48,154 nucleotides of DNA, from positions 1-48,154 of the forward strand of contig JAGHHB010000017.1 in assembly GCA_017887885.1 (NCBI GenBank), in the 5' to 3' direction. Every line of letters begins with the position of its first letter. Within the stretch, counting starts at the first letter, position 1. Under the pieces are notes generated by a model, which saw only the letters and a list, made by a program, of their open reading frames with translations, did not search any database and was not told the origin of the DNA. The position numbers were made by a program, and so were the translations under genes. This document shows, one piece after another, positions 30,082-40,720 of this stretch. Source of the DNA: Bacilli bacterium (GTDB lineage: Bacteria; Bacillota_I; Bacilli_A; RF39; UBA660).

Positions 30082-30142
30082 TAAGAACATATATTGTTTA
30101 AAGTAATTTTATGTGGTAGTATTTTTCTTAATGGTGGTAATA

Positions 30143-30565
30143 ATGGAAAATAAATATTTAGAAATAGCAATTAAACAAGCAAAAAAAGCATACAAGAAAA
30201 ATGAAATCCCTGTTGGATGTGTAATTGTTAAAAATGATACAATTATATCATATGGATATAATTGCAAAGAAAAAAGAAAAAAAGCTACTATGCATGCTGA
30301 AATTGTTGCCATAAATAGAGCTTGTAAAAAATTAAAGAGTTGGCGTTTGGATGACTGTGTATTATATGTTACTTTAGAGCCCTGTATGATGTGTCTAGGT
30401 GCTATTTTTGAAAGTAGAATTAAATATGTTTATTTTGGAACAAAATATAAAGGCAAACAAATGTTTGATTTAGGAGAATGTCATAATATTACTTTTATCG
30501 ATTTAAAAAATAAAGAATGTGCAAAACTTTTAACGAATTTTTTTACTAATAAAAGAAAAAAATAA
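30143..30565 (+). CDS. tadA: tRNA-specific adenosine deaminase
   Basis: Zinc motifs HAE (MHAEIVAI) and PCMMC. ATG at 30143 follows GGTGG; the track start at 30113 is less likely. Confidence 0.9.
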   Translation: MENKYLEIAIKQAKKAYKKNEIPVGCVIVKNDTIISYGYNCKEKRKKATMHAEIVAINRACKKLKSWRLDDCVLYVTLEPCMMCLGAIFESRIKYVYFGTKYKGKQMFDLGECHNITFIDLKNKECAKLLTNFFTNKRKK

Positions 30566-30618
30566 TTTTTTTGGAAGTTTTATGTTATAATACTATATGA
30601 GATGAGTGGTGGTCATTA

Positions 30619-32262
30619 ATGGCATATTTGGCATTGTATAGAAAATATAGACCCAACAGTTTTGATGACGTTTTGGGACAAAATAAAGTAGTTGCTGTGA
30701 TAAAGAATGCTATTATTAATAATAAAGTTTCTCATGCTTATTTATTTAGTGGTCCGCGTGGTACAGGAAAAACGACTGTTGCTAAAATATTAGCGCGACT
30801 TGTCAATTGTGAAAGATTATCTAGTGATGGTAAACCTTGTGAGAAATGTTTTAATTGTATTAATTATTTAAATAGCAATGATATCGTAGAAATTGATGCT
30901 GCATCAAATAATGGTGTTGATGAAATTAGAGAATTGATTGATAAGGTTAATTTAGTTCCTAGTAATGCTAAATATAAGATTTATATAATTGACGAAGTTC
31001 ATATGCTTACGAATCAAGCTTTTAATGCCTTACTTAAAACTTTAGAAGAACCGCCTTCTCATGTTATATTTGTTTTAGCAACTACTGATCCGCAAAAAGT
31101 ACCTTTAACTATTTCTTCTCGCTGTCAAAAATTTCAATTTTCAAAAATAGATGACATGTGTATTGTGGAGCGCTTACAAAAAATTGTTGCTTTAGAAAAG
31201 ATTAATATTGATGAAGAAGCTCTATTTGAAATTGCTAGACTTTCTGATGGTGGAATGCGCGATGCTATTAATATGTTAGACCAATTGGCAACATATGAGA
31301 GTGGTCAAATTACTCTTGATGAAGTTCATATGGTTGCTGGTTCTGTCTCATATGATAATATATTTAATTTAATGGAAGCAATAAAATTAAATAACAAGAT
31401 AGCAATAATTAATTTTATTGAAGAATTTGATAAAAGCGGAAAAGAACTAAATAAATTTATTCAAGAATTAATTGTCTTTCTGAAAGATGTTATTTTATTT
31501 AAAAGTACAAAAAAATTAGAAAAAGGCGAAGTTAAAAGAAAGAATATTATGTTAATTGATGAGTTATATAACGAACATGATTTGTATAATTTTATTGAGG
31601 TTCTTAATGAAACAAGTAATAAAATAAAATTTTCTTCACATGGATCAATTATTTTTATGACTACTGTGTTGAAATTTTCTGATAATAATTTTAAAGAAAC
31701 AAATAAAATTATTTCCCGGGAAATAATTTCATTAGTGGAAACAGATGATGAGAATTTAAATGAAAAAAATATTTCCCAAAAAATAATTAATAAATATTCA
31801 ATAGGAAGAGATGAAATTGGAGTTAGAATAAATAATTCCTTTGCAACTGCTTCTAAAGAATTTTTAAAAAATATAAAAAATGACTGGTATAAAATAGATG
31901 ATTATATATCCGATGATGAATTTTCTGTAGTTAGCGGTCTTCTTAAAGATTCCCTTCCTGTAGTGGGATCTGCACAATACTTGACAATTGTTAATAAATT
32001 TGATTCGATTGTCGAGAGAATTAATGAAAATATTACATTGACAGAAAGACTGTTAAAAAAAGTTTTTAATTATGATATGATAATTGTTGCTATTAATGAT
32101 ATTACTTGGGAAGAAGAAAAAAATAAATATATTACAAATATAAAGAAAAATATTAAATATAATATAATTGAATTACCTGAAAAAGAAGAGCAAAAAAAAA
32201 TTAAAACATCAATTGATCATCTTGCAGAAATGTTAGGTGAGGATATTATTGAATATAAATAA
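30619..32262 (+). CDS. dnaX: DNA polymerase III subunit gamma/tau
   Basis: YRKYRP, Walker A GPRGTGKTT, zinc module CEKCFNC, DEVHML, SRCQKF. Confidence 0.94.
   Translation: MAYLALYRKYRPNSFDDVLGQNKVVAVIKNAIINNKVSHAYLFSGPRGTGKTTVAKILARLVNCERLSSDGKPCEKCFNCINYLNSNDIVEIDAASNNGVDEIRELIDKVNLVPSNAKYKIYIIDEVHMLTNQAFNALLKTLEEPPSHVIFVLATTDPQKVPLTISSRCQKFQFSKIDDMCIVERLQKIVALEKINIDEEALFEIARLSDGGMRDAINMLDQLATYESGQITLDEVHMVAGSVSYDNIFNLMEAIKLNNKIAIINFIEEFDKSGKELNKFIQELIVFLKDVILFKSTKKLEKGEVKRKNIMLIDELYNEHDLYNFIEVLNETSNKIKFSSHGSIIFMTTVLKFSDNNFKETNKIISREIISLVETDDENLNEKNISQKIINKYSIGRDEIGVRINNSFATASKEFLKNIKNDWYKIDDYISDDEFSVVSGLLKDSLPVVGSAQYLTIVNKFDSIVERINENITLTERLLKKVFNYDMIIVAINDITWEEEKNKYITNIKKNIKYNIIELPEKEEQKKIKTSIDHLAEMLGEDIIEYK
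31706..31729. promoter_or_regulatory. NBS-type palindrome, copy 4 (inside dnaX)
   Basis: Perfect 24-bp palindrome AAATTATTTCCCGGGAAATAATTT, translated as KIISREII in the variable linker of DnaX. Confidence 0.7.
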
Positions 32263-32277
32263 AGGAGCGTGTTAAAA

Positions 32278-32574
32278 ATGAATATGCAAAATTTAATGAT
32301 GCAAGCAAAAAAAATGCAAAATGATATTGTTAAAATTCAAGATGAATTAGAAAAGAAAACATACGAAGGTAAATCACAGATGGTTACAATTTTAATAAAT
32401 GGTAAAGGCAAAATTTTATCAGTAAATATTGATGATTCTATTTTTACTTCTGAAGATAAAGAAGTTTTAGAAGATATGATTTTGATTGCAATAAATGATG
32501 CTTTAGAAAAAATGAATACTGATAAAGAAGAAAAGCTTGGAAAATATAGTAAAATGTTTAATGGTTTAATGTAG
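32278..32574 (+). CDS. ybaB: YbaB/EbfC family nucleoid-associated protein
   Basis: Conserved dnaX-ybaB-recR position, N-terminus MQNLMMQAKKMQ, length about 100 aa. ATG at 32278 is about 10 nt after RBS AAAGGAG. Confidence 0.88.
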   Translation: MNMQNLMMQAKKMQNDIVKIQDELEKKTYEGKSQMVTILINGKGKILSVNIDDSIFTSEDKEVLEDMILIAINDALEKMNTDKEEKLGKYSKMFNGLM

Positions 32575-32577
32575 TTT

Positions 32578-33171
32578 ATGTATCCAGAATGTTTAAAAAA
32601 AGTAATTGAATGTTTGAAAGATTTACCAGGAATAGGTGATAAAACTGCTGAAAGACTTGCTTTTTCTTTGATAAATTTTAATAAGGAAAAACTTACTTTA
32701 TTTTCTGATGCTATTTCTGATTTGCGTGATAAAATAACAAATTGTTCTATTTGTGGCAATATAACTGATAGCGAAGTATGTCCTATTTGTCAGGACCTTA
32801 ATAGAAATGATAAGGTTCTATTTGTAGTGGAAAAACCAAAGGATATCTTACTTTTTGAAAAACTTAATATTTATGATGGGAAATATCATGTTTTAGGAAA
32901 TTTAATATCCCCTTTAGAAGGAATTGGCCCTGAAGATATTAATCTTGATAGTTTAATTAGTAGAATTAAAAATTTTCATGTCGAGGAAGTAATTTTAGCT
33001 TTAAAACCTTCTATTGAAGGAGAGACTACTATGCAATATATAAAAAAAATATTAGAAAGTGTTGATGTCAAAATTACGAAGATAGCTACTGGAATACCAG
33101 TTGGTACTGATATGGAATATATAGATGCTATGACATTAGAATTTGCTCTTGAAGGAAGAAAAGACATATAA
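32578..33171 (+). CDS. recR: recombination protein RecR
   Basis: HhH LPGIGDKTAERLAF, zinc finger CSICGN..CPIC, Toprim region. Confidence 0.94.
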   Translation: MYPECLKKVIECLKDLPGIGDKTAERLAFSLINFNKEKLTLFSDAISDLRDKITNCSICGNITDSEVCPICQDLNRNDKVLFVVEKPKDILLFEKLNIYDGKYHVLGNLISPLEGIGPEDINLDSLISRIKNFHVEEVILALKPSIEGETTMQYIKKILESVDVKITKIATGIPVGTDMEYIDAMTLEFALEGRKDI

Positions 33172-33206
33172 GGATATTTAACTCATATATTTTATTGGGT
33201 GAAAAT

Positions 33207-33395
33207 ATGATAAAAAAGGGATTGTCTTTAATTAAAAAGTTTGTATTAGCAGTTTTATTTATGTATGGTTATAATGTTATTGTATATCCCATTAATACGA
33301 CTATTCCAATTAATATTTTGACAATTTTACTTGTTACTTTTTTTGGATTTCCAGCTATTATTGGGTACTGTTTATTTTCTATCTTTACTTTTTAA
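33207..33395 (+). CDS. bofA: BofA-family small membrane protein (pro-sigma-K processing inhibitor-like)
   Basis: Two TM segments. IPINILT..FGFPAI resembles B. subtilis BofA VPINLVT..LGIPGI. Same position after recR as in B. subtilis. Confidence 0.6.
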   Translation: MIKKGLSLIKKFVLAVLFMYGYNVIVYPINTTIPINILTILLVTFFGFPAIIGYCLFSIFTF

Positions 33396-33409
33396 AGAGG
33401 TGTGAAAGA

Positions 33410-34345
33410 ATGTTGGATACTTATAAAGAAAAACAACCTATTGCTTATAATATTTTAGTGAATGCTATTAAGTTGGAAAGATTATCACATGCATATTTAT
33501 TTAATGCTAATGGTTGCGATGATGTCTTTGATATTGTTCTTTCTTTTGCAGTAGAAATTATTTGTCATTATAATAAGTTAAATGATAAAAAAAATATAAT
33601 TCAAAAAATAAAAAATGGAAACGATCTTGATGTTAAAATTATTGAACCTGATGGATTATGGATAAAAAAAGAACAACTTGTTGATTTGCAACATGAATTT
33701 AGTAAAAAATCTTTAGAAAAAAAGAAAAAAATATATATAATTAAATCTATAGAAAAAATGAATGTACAATCTGCAAATTCGATACTTAAGTTTTTAGAAG
33801 AACCAGTAGATGAAATTATTGCTATTTTAATTACTAATAATATTAATTTAGTTTTGCCTACAATTATTTCTCGTTGTCAAATTCTCGAACTACAAAAAAA
33901 TATATCTGGTATAGCTGACAAAAAAGATTTTTCCTTATTATTTAATGAATATAAAATTTGTTTAGATGAGAGTAATAAAAAGAAGTTTATTGATGATGTT
34001 GGCAATTTTATTGTTTATTTAGAACAAAACGGTCTTGATGTACTTCTTTATGTAAAAAAACTATGGCATAATGTCTTTAAAGATAGGGAAAGCAATCTTT
34101 TAGCGATTGAAATTATGATTAATATTTATTTTAATGCTTTAAAAGTTAAAGCGGGTTTGAATACAATCAACTTTAGTGATATGGAAGATAAAATAAGAAC
34201 TATAAATGATAATAATAGTATAGAAAAAATAATTAAAAAATTAGAGTGTTTGGATGATGCTGAATATGGATTGAAGAGAAATTTAAATATTAATTTGCTT
34301 ATTGATAAACTTATTTTAAATATGTGTGGTGATATTTTATGGTAA
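33410..34345 (+). CDS. holB: DNA polymerase III delta' subunit
   Basis: LSHAYLF, KFLEEP, ISRCQ motifs. Synteny with ricT downstream. Confidence 0.82.
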   Translation: MLDTYKEKQPIAYNILVNAIKLERLSHAYLFNANGCDDVFDIVLSFAVEIICHYNKLNDKKNIIQKIKNGNDLDVKIIEPDGLWIKKEQLVDLQHEFSKKSLEKKKKIYIIKSIEKMNVQSANSILKFLEEPVDEIIAILITNNINLVLPTIISRCQILELQKNISGIADKKDFSLLFNEYKICLDESNKKKFIDDVGNFIVYLEQNGLDVLLYVKKLWHNVFKDRESNLLAIEIMINIYFNALKVKAGLNTINFSDMEDKIRTINDNNSIEKIIKKLECLDDAEYGLKRNLNINLLIDKLILNMCGDILW

Positions 34346-35115
34346 TTGTTGGAATTAAAATAAATGATATAGGAAAGATTTCTTATTTTGATAGTAATGG
34401 TTTTCGTTTAAAACAAAATTTGACAGTAATTGTTGATACTGATAGGGGACTTCAATTTGGGAAGGTAGTGGAATTAAATGTTCCTAAGGATGAGGATACT
34501 ATATATAAGAAAGTTGTTAGAGTTGCTACAAAAAAAGATTATTTACAGTATTTAAAAAATAATAGTGATGCTGAAAAAGCTATTATTAAATGTAAGGAAT
34601 TGATAAGTAAGAATAATCTTAATATGGCTATAATTGATGCCAATTATAATTTTGAAAGAAGTCAATTACTTTTTAGGTTTGTTTCTGATGAAAGAGTTGA
34701 TTTTAGAAATTTAGCTAAAGAATTAGGATCTAAACTCAAGACGAGAATTGAACTTAGACAAATTGGTATTCGCGATAAGGCGAAAGAAATTGGCGGAATA
34801 GGACCTTGTGGTCGTTTTCTTTGTTGCAATACATTTTTGACAAATTTTAATACTGTGTCGATAAACATGGCTAAAAATCAAGGGTTAGCGTTAAATCCTT
34901 CTAAAATTAATGGTGTATGTGGAAGACTTCTTTGTTGTTTGAATTATGAAAATGAGCAGTATAGTGCTATTAGAGAAGAATTACCAAAACTTGGAGAAAA
35001 GATTACTGTAAATAAGATAGAAGGGAAAGTAATCTCAATCGAACCTTTACGTTCTAAATACAAGATAATAACTGGCAACAATGAGATTATTGATGTCGAA
35101 AAAAATGATAGTTAG
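34339..35115 (+). CDS. ricT: PSP1-domain protein RicT/YaaT
   Basis: Cys clusters GPCGRFLCC and CGRLLCCLNYE. Position after holB. Confidence 0.87.
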   Translation: MVIVGIKINDIGKISYFDSNGFRLKQNLTVIVDTDRGLQFGKVVELNVPKDEDTIYKKVVRVATKKDYLQYLKNNSDAEKAIIKCKELISKNNLNMAIIDANYNFERSQLLFRFVSDERVDFRNLAKELGSKLKTRIELRQIGIRDKAKEIGGIGPCGRFLCCNTFLTNFNTVSINMAKNQGLALNPSKINGVCGRLLCCLNYENEQYSAIREELPKLGEKITVNKIEGKVISIEPLRSKYKIITGNNEIIDVEKNDS

Positions 35116-35836
35116 AAATAGATTATTAGAATTTAAAGATACGTATATTTATCAAGATACTAAATATTTTAAAATGTCATTAGATTCGGTTTTATTAGCA
35201 AACTTTGTGACAATAAATTTGCGCGATAAGAAAATTCTTGATATTGCTACTGGAAATGCGCCTATTCCTATGCTTCTTTTTTATCGAACAAAAGCTCAGA
35301 TTTATGGTATCGAAATTCAGAAAGAAGTATATTTATTAGGAAGAATTTCTATTAAGGAAAACAAGATGAACAGCAGAATATCTTTAATTAATGACGATGC
35401 TCATAATTTACCTAATATATTTAATGCTGAAAGTTTTGATGTTATTACTTGTAATCCGCCGTATTTTAAAAATATTAATAGTAAATTTCAAAATAATAAT
35501 AAGATAAAAGCTATGGCTCGCCATGAAAACATGTTAACTTTAGAAGATCTTTTATTAATTAGCAAAAAGATGCTTAAAAATAACGGGAGGATTTCTTTTA
35601 TTCACCGGACAGAAAGATTTGTAGAAATAATTGAATTGATGAAAAAATATAATCTTGAACCAAAAAGATTAAGATTTGTTTATTCTAATAATAAAAAAAA
35701 TAGTGAACTATTATTAATAGAGGGAATTAAAAATGGTAAACCAGGTCTTAAATTACTATCTCCCTTATTTATTTATGACGAAAATGGAAAATATACAAAG
35801 GAAATAAGAGAAATGTTTGGAGGGCGAAATTCATGA
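35081..35836 (+). CDS. SAM-dependent N6-adenine methyltransferase, YabB / tRNA m6A37 type
   Basis: NPPYF catalytic motif, SAM-binding ILDIATGNA. The start is uncertain (ATG at 35081, 35093 or 35105). Confidence 0.8.
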   Translation: MRLLMSKKMIVRNRLLEFKDTYIYQDTKYFKMSLDSVLLANFVTINLRDKKILDIATGNAPIPMLLFYRTKAQIYGIEIQKEVYLLGRISIKENKMNSRISLINDDAHNLPNIFNAESFDVITCNPPYFKNINSKFQNNNKIKAMARHENMLTLEDLLLISKKMLKNNGRISFIHRTERFVEIIELMKKYNLEPKRLRFVYSNNKKNSELLLIEGIKNGKPGLKLLSPLFIYDENGKYTKEIREMFGGRNS

Positions 35837-36684
35837 TCCAGTCGAGTTACGATGAACATGCTACTTTATATTTAGTATCAACACCAATTGGTAATTTAGA
35901 TGATATTACTTATCGTGCTGTTAAGGTTTTACAAGACGTAAGCGTAATATTCTCCGAAGATACGAGAGTTACGTTAAATTTACTTAATAATTTTGAGATT
36001 AAAAAAAAGTTAATTTCTTTACATGAGCATAATGAAGACACAGTTAAAGATACTGTTTTGAGTTATTTGAAGCAAGGCCTTTCAGTAGCTTTAGTGACAG
36101 ATAGAGGAACACCTATTATTAGTGATCCTGGTTTTAAGACGGTAAAGTATGTCATTCAAAATAATTATAATGTAGTGGCAATTCCTGGTGTAACAGCTTT
36201 AATACCCGCACTTATTACTTCTGGTATTGCTCCTAAACCTTTTTTATTTTATGGATTTTTGAGTAATAAGGATAGTAGAAAAAAAGAAGAATTAATAATG
36301 TTAAAGGATTATCGTGAAACAATAATTTTTTATGAAGCTCCTCATCGAATAAAGAATACTTTAAATTTAATGTTACAAGTGTTGGGAGATCGTGAAATTA
36401 GTATTTCCCGAGAAATTACTAAAAAATTTGAAACTATCTATCGTGGAAAAATTTCTGATATTATAGAAATTGTATTGGAAAAAGGTGAATTTGTTATTAT
36501 TGTCGAAGGTTTTTCTGGTAAGATAATAAATAATACTTCTTTATCTATTAGGGAGGCTGTCGATTTTTATATTAGTGAGGGATTAGATGTTATGAATTCG
36601 ATTAAGCGTGTGGCTAAAGACCGCAATATGGTAAAAAATGATGTTTATATGGAGTATCATAAGGGGGATCATAAATGCGATTGA
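35833..36684 (+). CDS. rsmI: 16S rRNA (cytidine1402-2'-O)-methyltransferase
   Basis: LYLVSTPIGNLDDITYRAV, EDTR, EAPHR, REITKKFE motifs. Confidence 0.9.
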   Translation: MIQSSYDEHATLYLVSTPIGNLDDITYRAVKVLQDVSVIFSEDTRVTLNLLNNFEIKKKLISLHEHNEDTVKDTVLSYLKQGLSVALVTDRGTPIISDPGFKTVKYVIQNNYNVVAIPGVTALIPALITSGIAPKPFLFYGFLSNKDSRKKEELIMLKDYRETIIFYEAPHRIKNTLNLMLQVLGDREISISREITKKFETIYRGKISDIIEIVLEKGEFVIIVEGFSGKIINNTSLSIREAVDFYISEGLDVMNSIKRVAKDRNMVKNDVYMEYHKGDHKCD

Positions 36685-37241
36685 TTTTTGGTTTAGGTAA
36701 TCCGGGAAAAAGTTATGAAAATACTCGTCATAATGTAGGATTTTCTTTAATTGACTTTATTGCTAAAAAGAATAATTTAACTTTTAAGAGCGATAGAAAA
36801 TTTAACTCTTTGTATTCAGAATATTTTGTTAGTGGAGAGAAGGTTTTATTGATAAAACCTTTGTCGTATATGAATTTTTCTGGTACAGTTGTTAAAAAGT
36901 ATGTTCAATTTTATAATGTTGATATTAAAAGTATTTTGATTATTCAAGATGATTTAGATATGAAATTAGGAAAAATTAGAGTTGCTTTTAATAGTTCAAG
37001 TGGTGGTCATAACGGGATTAAGAGTATTATAGAAAATCTAGGAACAAAAGAGTTTTTAAGATTGAAAATTGGTATTTCTAACAATAAAGAGATCGATACT
37101 AAAGATTTTGTTTTAGATAATTTTAGTGTAGAAGAAAGATTAGTGTTAAATAATTCTTATTTAAAGTTAGAGAATATTGTTGATGATTTTATAGTAATGG
37201 ATATTAACAATTTAAAGTGTATTTATAACGGAAAAAACTAG
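36675..37241 (+). CDS. pth: peptidyl-tRNA hydrolase
   Basis: GLGNPGKSYENTRHNVGF, GGHNGIKSI. Confidence 0.93.
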   Translation: MRLIFGLGNPGKSYENTRHNVGFSLIDFIAKKNNLTFKSDRKFNSLYSEYFVSGEKVLLIKPLSYMNFSGTVVKKYVQFYNVDIKSILIIQDDLDMKLGKIRVAFNSSSGGHNGIKSIIENLGTKEFLRLKIGISNNKEIDTKDFVLDNFSVEERLVLNNSYLKLENIVDDFIVMDINNLKCIYNGKN

Positions 37242-37327
37242 TTTTTAATTTTTATTCAATCATAAATATTAAATTGATAATTGATTAATGTTGTGGTGTA
37301 GTTTTTTATTTTTTAGGAGGAATAGTG

Positions 37328-40300
37328 ATGAAATTTTTTGATAAATTATTTGCGGTTGATTTAGGAAATAATTATTTAATATCGGGATTGAATAAAGAAT
37401 TAAATATTATTTATATTTATGAATACTTTATTAGTAAAAAAGAAACCATTTTAGTGGTTATTAATTCTCTTTATGAAGCTGATGATATTTACAATAGACT
37501 TTTATGTTACACGGATAAAGTTTTATTTTTTCCTATGGATGATTTTATTGCTAGTGAAGCTACTTTAATTAGTCCTGAATTAAAAATAGAAAGACTAAAT
37601 ACATTAAACAAGTTATTAGATAAAGATAATTATATTGTCGTCACTAATTTGATGGGAGTACTTAGATATTTACCTAGTAGAGAATTGTATAATGAAAAGG
37701 TTATTAAAATAGCAAAAAATACTGAATATGATAGAGAAATACTTATTTCTCATTTATATGATCTTGGTTATGAAAAGGTTCCTATTGTTACTAAAACTGG
37801 TGAAATGGCTATAAGAGGATATGTTATTGATATTTTGCCTATCGATTTTGAAAATCCTATTCGAATTGAATTTTGGGGAGATACGATTGATAGTATTAAA
37901 TATTTCGATTTAGAAAGTCAAATGTCTAATTATGAAACAGATAAAGTTTCAATATATCCATTTACTGAATTTTTGATAGATACAGAAGGAGTAAAAGAAG
38001 ATCAAAGGAAGCAAAAATATTTACTTAACTATTCTAATGATGTTGGTGGTATTTGGAATTATTTTAGTTCTTTTACTTTGTTTTTCTATGATTACAATCA
38101 AATTGTTTCTAGTTATAATTTGCTTAGGGAAACTATTATTTCATACGATAATGAGTTAAATGATAAAATAAAAACTAATTATATGTGGGATCTTTCTGAT
38201 ATTGATATTAAAAATACTATTTATATTATGGATATTGATAATTTAATTGATGTGAAATTACGAAAAAAATATAATTATTTATCTTTTAATATTGATAATT
38301 ACTGTGGAAATTTTGAAAAAATTAAATTGGATATCGAAAAATATTTGAGTCAAAAGAAAACGATTATTTTTTGTCTCGAAAATAATAATGTTGCTAAAAG
38401 GGTGATTAATTATTTAGATATAATGGATAATCTTATTCTAACTGATGAGAATAATATTATTTTAGGTAAAGTTAATATTGTGAATAAATTTATTCATCAT
38501 GGGTTTATTTTAGATAATTATGTTGTTATTACTGCTAATGACTTATTTGGCAAAGTAGAGAAGAAAAAAAAGGTCATTAATAAATTTAAAATTGGTACGA
38601 AAATTAGTAATATTAATAATTTGGAAAAAGGTGATTATATAGTACATATTGATCATGGTATTGGTAGATATGTAGAAATTTGTACTTTAATGAAGAATGG
38701 GTTAAAAAAAGACTACATTAAGCTTATTTATGCAGATGATGATATTCTTTATTTGCCAGTAGAAAAGATTGATAAAATTAGTAAATTTTCAGGTAATGCC
38801 GATGCTATTGTTCGATTAGATAAATTAGGAAGTGATAATTGGGAAAAACGAAAAGAGCGGGTTAGAAAACAACTTAAAAATATTGCTAATGATTTAATAA
38901 AAATATCTGCAGAAAGAGAGGCTATGAAAGGATTTTCTTTTTCTAAAGATGATGAAAATCAGTTATTATTTGAGAGTAAATTTAAATATGAAGCAACTTT
39001 TGATCAAATTAGAGCAGTAGAAATGATCAAGGTCGAAATGGAAAAGGACAAACCTATGGATATGTTATTGTGTGGTGATGTTGGCTATGGAAAGACAGAA
39101 GTAGCTTTTAGAGCTATTTTTAAAGCAGTCAATGATGGAAAACAAGTTGCTTATTTATGCCCTACGACTATTCTTTCGGCTCAACAATATCGTTCGGCTT
39201 TAGAAAGATTTGCTGATTTTCCTGTTAGTATGGCCCTACTTAATAGGTTTACATCTTTAAAAGAAGAAAAAATAATTCTTGATAAGATAAAAAATGGAAA
39301 AGTAGATATTCTTTTTGGAACACATAAAATTCTTAATGATAAGATAGAATTTAAAGATTTAGGGCTACTTGTTATAGATGAGGAGCAGCGGTTCGGAGTT
39401 GTGCATAAAGAGAAAATTAAACAATATAAAAATAATATTGATGTTCTTACTTTATCAGCAACACCAATTCCTCGAACTCTTCAAATGTCAGTATCTGGTA
39501 TTCGAGGCCTTGCTCTTATTGAAACACCTCCTGAAAAGAGAAGACCAATTCAGACTTATGTAATGCCCGAGAGTAAAAATATTATTAAAGATGCTATTTA
39601 TAAAGAATTATCACGGAATGGTCAAATTTTTATACTATATAATAATATAAATAAATTAGATTTTAAGTTCAGTGAAATACAAAGCTTAGTTCCCGAAGCT
39701 CGTATTAGATATGCACATGGAAGAATGTCTAAAATTGATCTTGAAAATATTATGAATGATTTTATTAATTATGAATTTGATATTTTGTTATGTACGACTA
39801 TTATTGAAACAGGTATTGATATTCCAAATGTTAATACATTAATTATTTTAGAGGCTGATCATTTTGGTTTATCGCAACTTTATCAAATAAGAGGTAGAAT
39901 TGGAAGAAGTGATCGAATTGGATATTCCTATTTGATGTATAGCGGAAAAAGAGAACTTACAGATTTAGCTATTAAAAGACTTAATACAATCAAAGAATTT
40001 ACCGAACTTGGCAGCGGCTTTAAGATTGCTATGCGTGATTTATCAATACGGGGTGCGGGAAATTTACTGGGAAGTGAGCAATCGGGATTTATTGATAGTA
40101 TAGGTATAGATTTATATCTTAAAATATTGAAAGAGGAAGTAGATAAATTAAAAGGTATTAAGGTCGTTTCAGAAACAACCGATAACAGTAAGCCTCTACT
40201 AGAAGTAGAGACGCATATATCAGATAATTATGTTCCTGACGATGAAGTTAAAATAGAAATTCATAAAATGATTAACGAAGTTAAATCTTTGAATGATATT

Positions 40301-40642
40301 GAAATAGTTACCCAGAAATTAGAAAATAGATTTGGCAAAATTAATGATGAGTTGCTAATATATATGCATGAAGAATGGTTTGAAAAACAGGCTAAATTGT
40401 TAGATGTAGTAGATATTAAACAAAATAAGATTTTTGTAGAAATTATTTTATCATCAAATATTTCTCAAAAAATTGATGGCGAAAAGTTATTTTTTATGGC
40501 CTACGATATTTCTAAAAGTTTCAAATTTTCATATAAAAATAATAAAATTCATATTTTAATTGATATAACTAAATTAGATAAACATTTTATCTTTTATCTA
40601 AATGATTTATTTTCTAAAATATTAGAAAACTTAAGTCATTAG
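37328..40642 (+). CDS. mfd: transcription-repair coupling factor
   Basis: [14 protein letters not shown] (RNAP-interaction domain). SF2 helicase motifs [41 protein letters not shown] is 7 nt after AGGAGGA. Confidence 0.95.
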   Translation: MKFFDKLFAVDLGNNYLISGLNKELNIIYIYEYFISKKETILVVINSLYEADDIYNRLLCYTDKVLFFPMDDFIASEATLISPELKIERLNTLNKLLDKDNYIVVTNLMGVLRYLPSRELYNEKVIKIAKNTEYDREILISHLYDLGYEKVPIVTKTGEMAIRGYVIDILPIDFENPIRIEFWGDTIDSIKYFDLESQMSNYETDKVSIYPFTEFLIDTEGVKEDQRKQKYLLNYSNDVGGIWNYFSSFTLFFYDYNQIVSSYNLLRETIISYDNELNDKIKTNYMWDLSDIDIKNTIYIMDIDNLIDVKLRKKYNYLSFNIDNYCGNFEKIKLDIEKYLSQKKTIIFCLENNNVAKRVINYLDIMDNLILTDENNIILGKVNIVNKFIHHGFILDNYVVITANDLFGKVEKKKKVINKFKIGTKISNINNLEKGDYIVHIDHGIGRYVEICTLMKNGLKKDYIKLIYADDDILYLPVEKIDKISKFSGNADAIVRLDKLGSDNWEKRKERVRKQLKNIANDLIKISAEREAMKGFSFSKDDENQLLFESKFKYEATFDQIRAVEMIKVEMEKDKPMDMLLCGDVGYGKTEVAFRAIFKAVNDGKQVAYLCPTTILSAQQYRSALERFADFPVSMALLNRFTSLKEEKIILDKIKNGKVDILFGTHKILNDKIEFKDLGLLVIDEEQRFGVVHKEKIKQYKNNIDVLTLSATPIPRTLQMSVSGIRGLALIETPPEKRRPIQTYVMPESKNIIKDAIYKELSRNGQIFILYNNINKLDFKFSEIQSLVPEARIRYAHGRMSKIDLENIMNDFINYEFDILLCTTIIETGIDIPNVNTLIILEADHFGLSQLYQIRGRIGRSDRIGYSYLMYSGKRELTDLAIKRLNTIKEFTELGSGFKIAMRDLSIRGAGNLLGSEQSGFIDSIGIDLYLKILKEEVDKLKGIKVVSETTDNSKPLLEVETHISDNYVPDDEVKIEIHKMINEVKSLNDIEIVTQKLENRFGKINDELLIYMHEEWFEKQAKLLDVVDIKQNKIFVEIILSSNISQKIDGEKLFFMAYDISKSFKFSYKNNKIHILIDITKLDKHFIFYLNDLFSKILENLSH

Positions 40643-40720
40643 AAATAAACTTAATTTCTTTCTTTTTTGTATAATTCTTGGCTATTTTGACAAAATAGTA
40701 AAGAAAGTATAGGTGATATT

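Larger units (their letters stand above)
29881..30097. repeat. tandem direct repeat, about 81-bp unit, 2.7 copies, each carrying a parS-type palindrome
   Basis: Units start at 29881, 29961 and 30042 (all begin GATATAAAC). Units 1 and 2 are near-identical over their full length; unit 3 diverges after the palindrome. Confidence 0.9.

Noticed and set aside
29881-30097. Tandem repeats considered as a CRISPR array or plasmid-type iterons
   Set aside because: The units are contiguous with no unique spacers, and there are only 2.7 copies, so this is not a CRISPR array. The conserved palindrome matches parS rather than any Rep-iteron arrangement, and no rep gene is nearby.
29889-30170. 93-aa minus-strand ORF (with the repeated peptide YVPRETLFI) and a 67-aa ORF at 30109-30312
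   Set aside because: These ORFs run through the 81-bp tandem repeat and the tadA start. The internal peptide repeat simply mirrors the DNA repeat. There is no RBS, and the region is better explained as a parS array plus the tadA promoter.
31507-31515. A AAA AAA slippery heptamer in dnaX as a possible programmed -1 frameshift producing a gamma subunit
   Set aside because: The shifted frame would terminate at about residue 305, inside clamp-loader domain III, which is too short for a functional gamma. A-runs are frequent in this AT-rich sequence, and no downstream stimulatory hairpin is evident.
32337-32759. 140-aa minus-strand ORF overlapping ybaB and recR
   Set aside because: It lies antisense to two well-supported conserved genes, has a low-complexity translation and has no RBS.
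36396-36421. NBS-like sequence TATTTCCCGAGAAAT inside rsmI
   Set aside because: The core is not palindromic (CCCGAG) and the flanks do not match the family. The sequence encodes the conserved RsmI motif ISREITKKFE, so the resemblance is probably coincidental.
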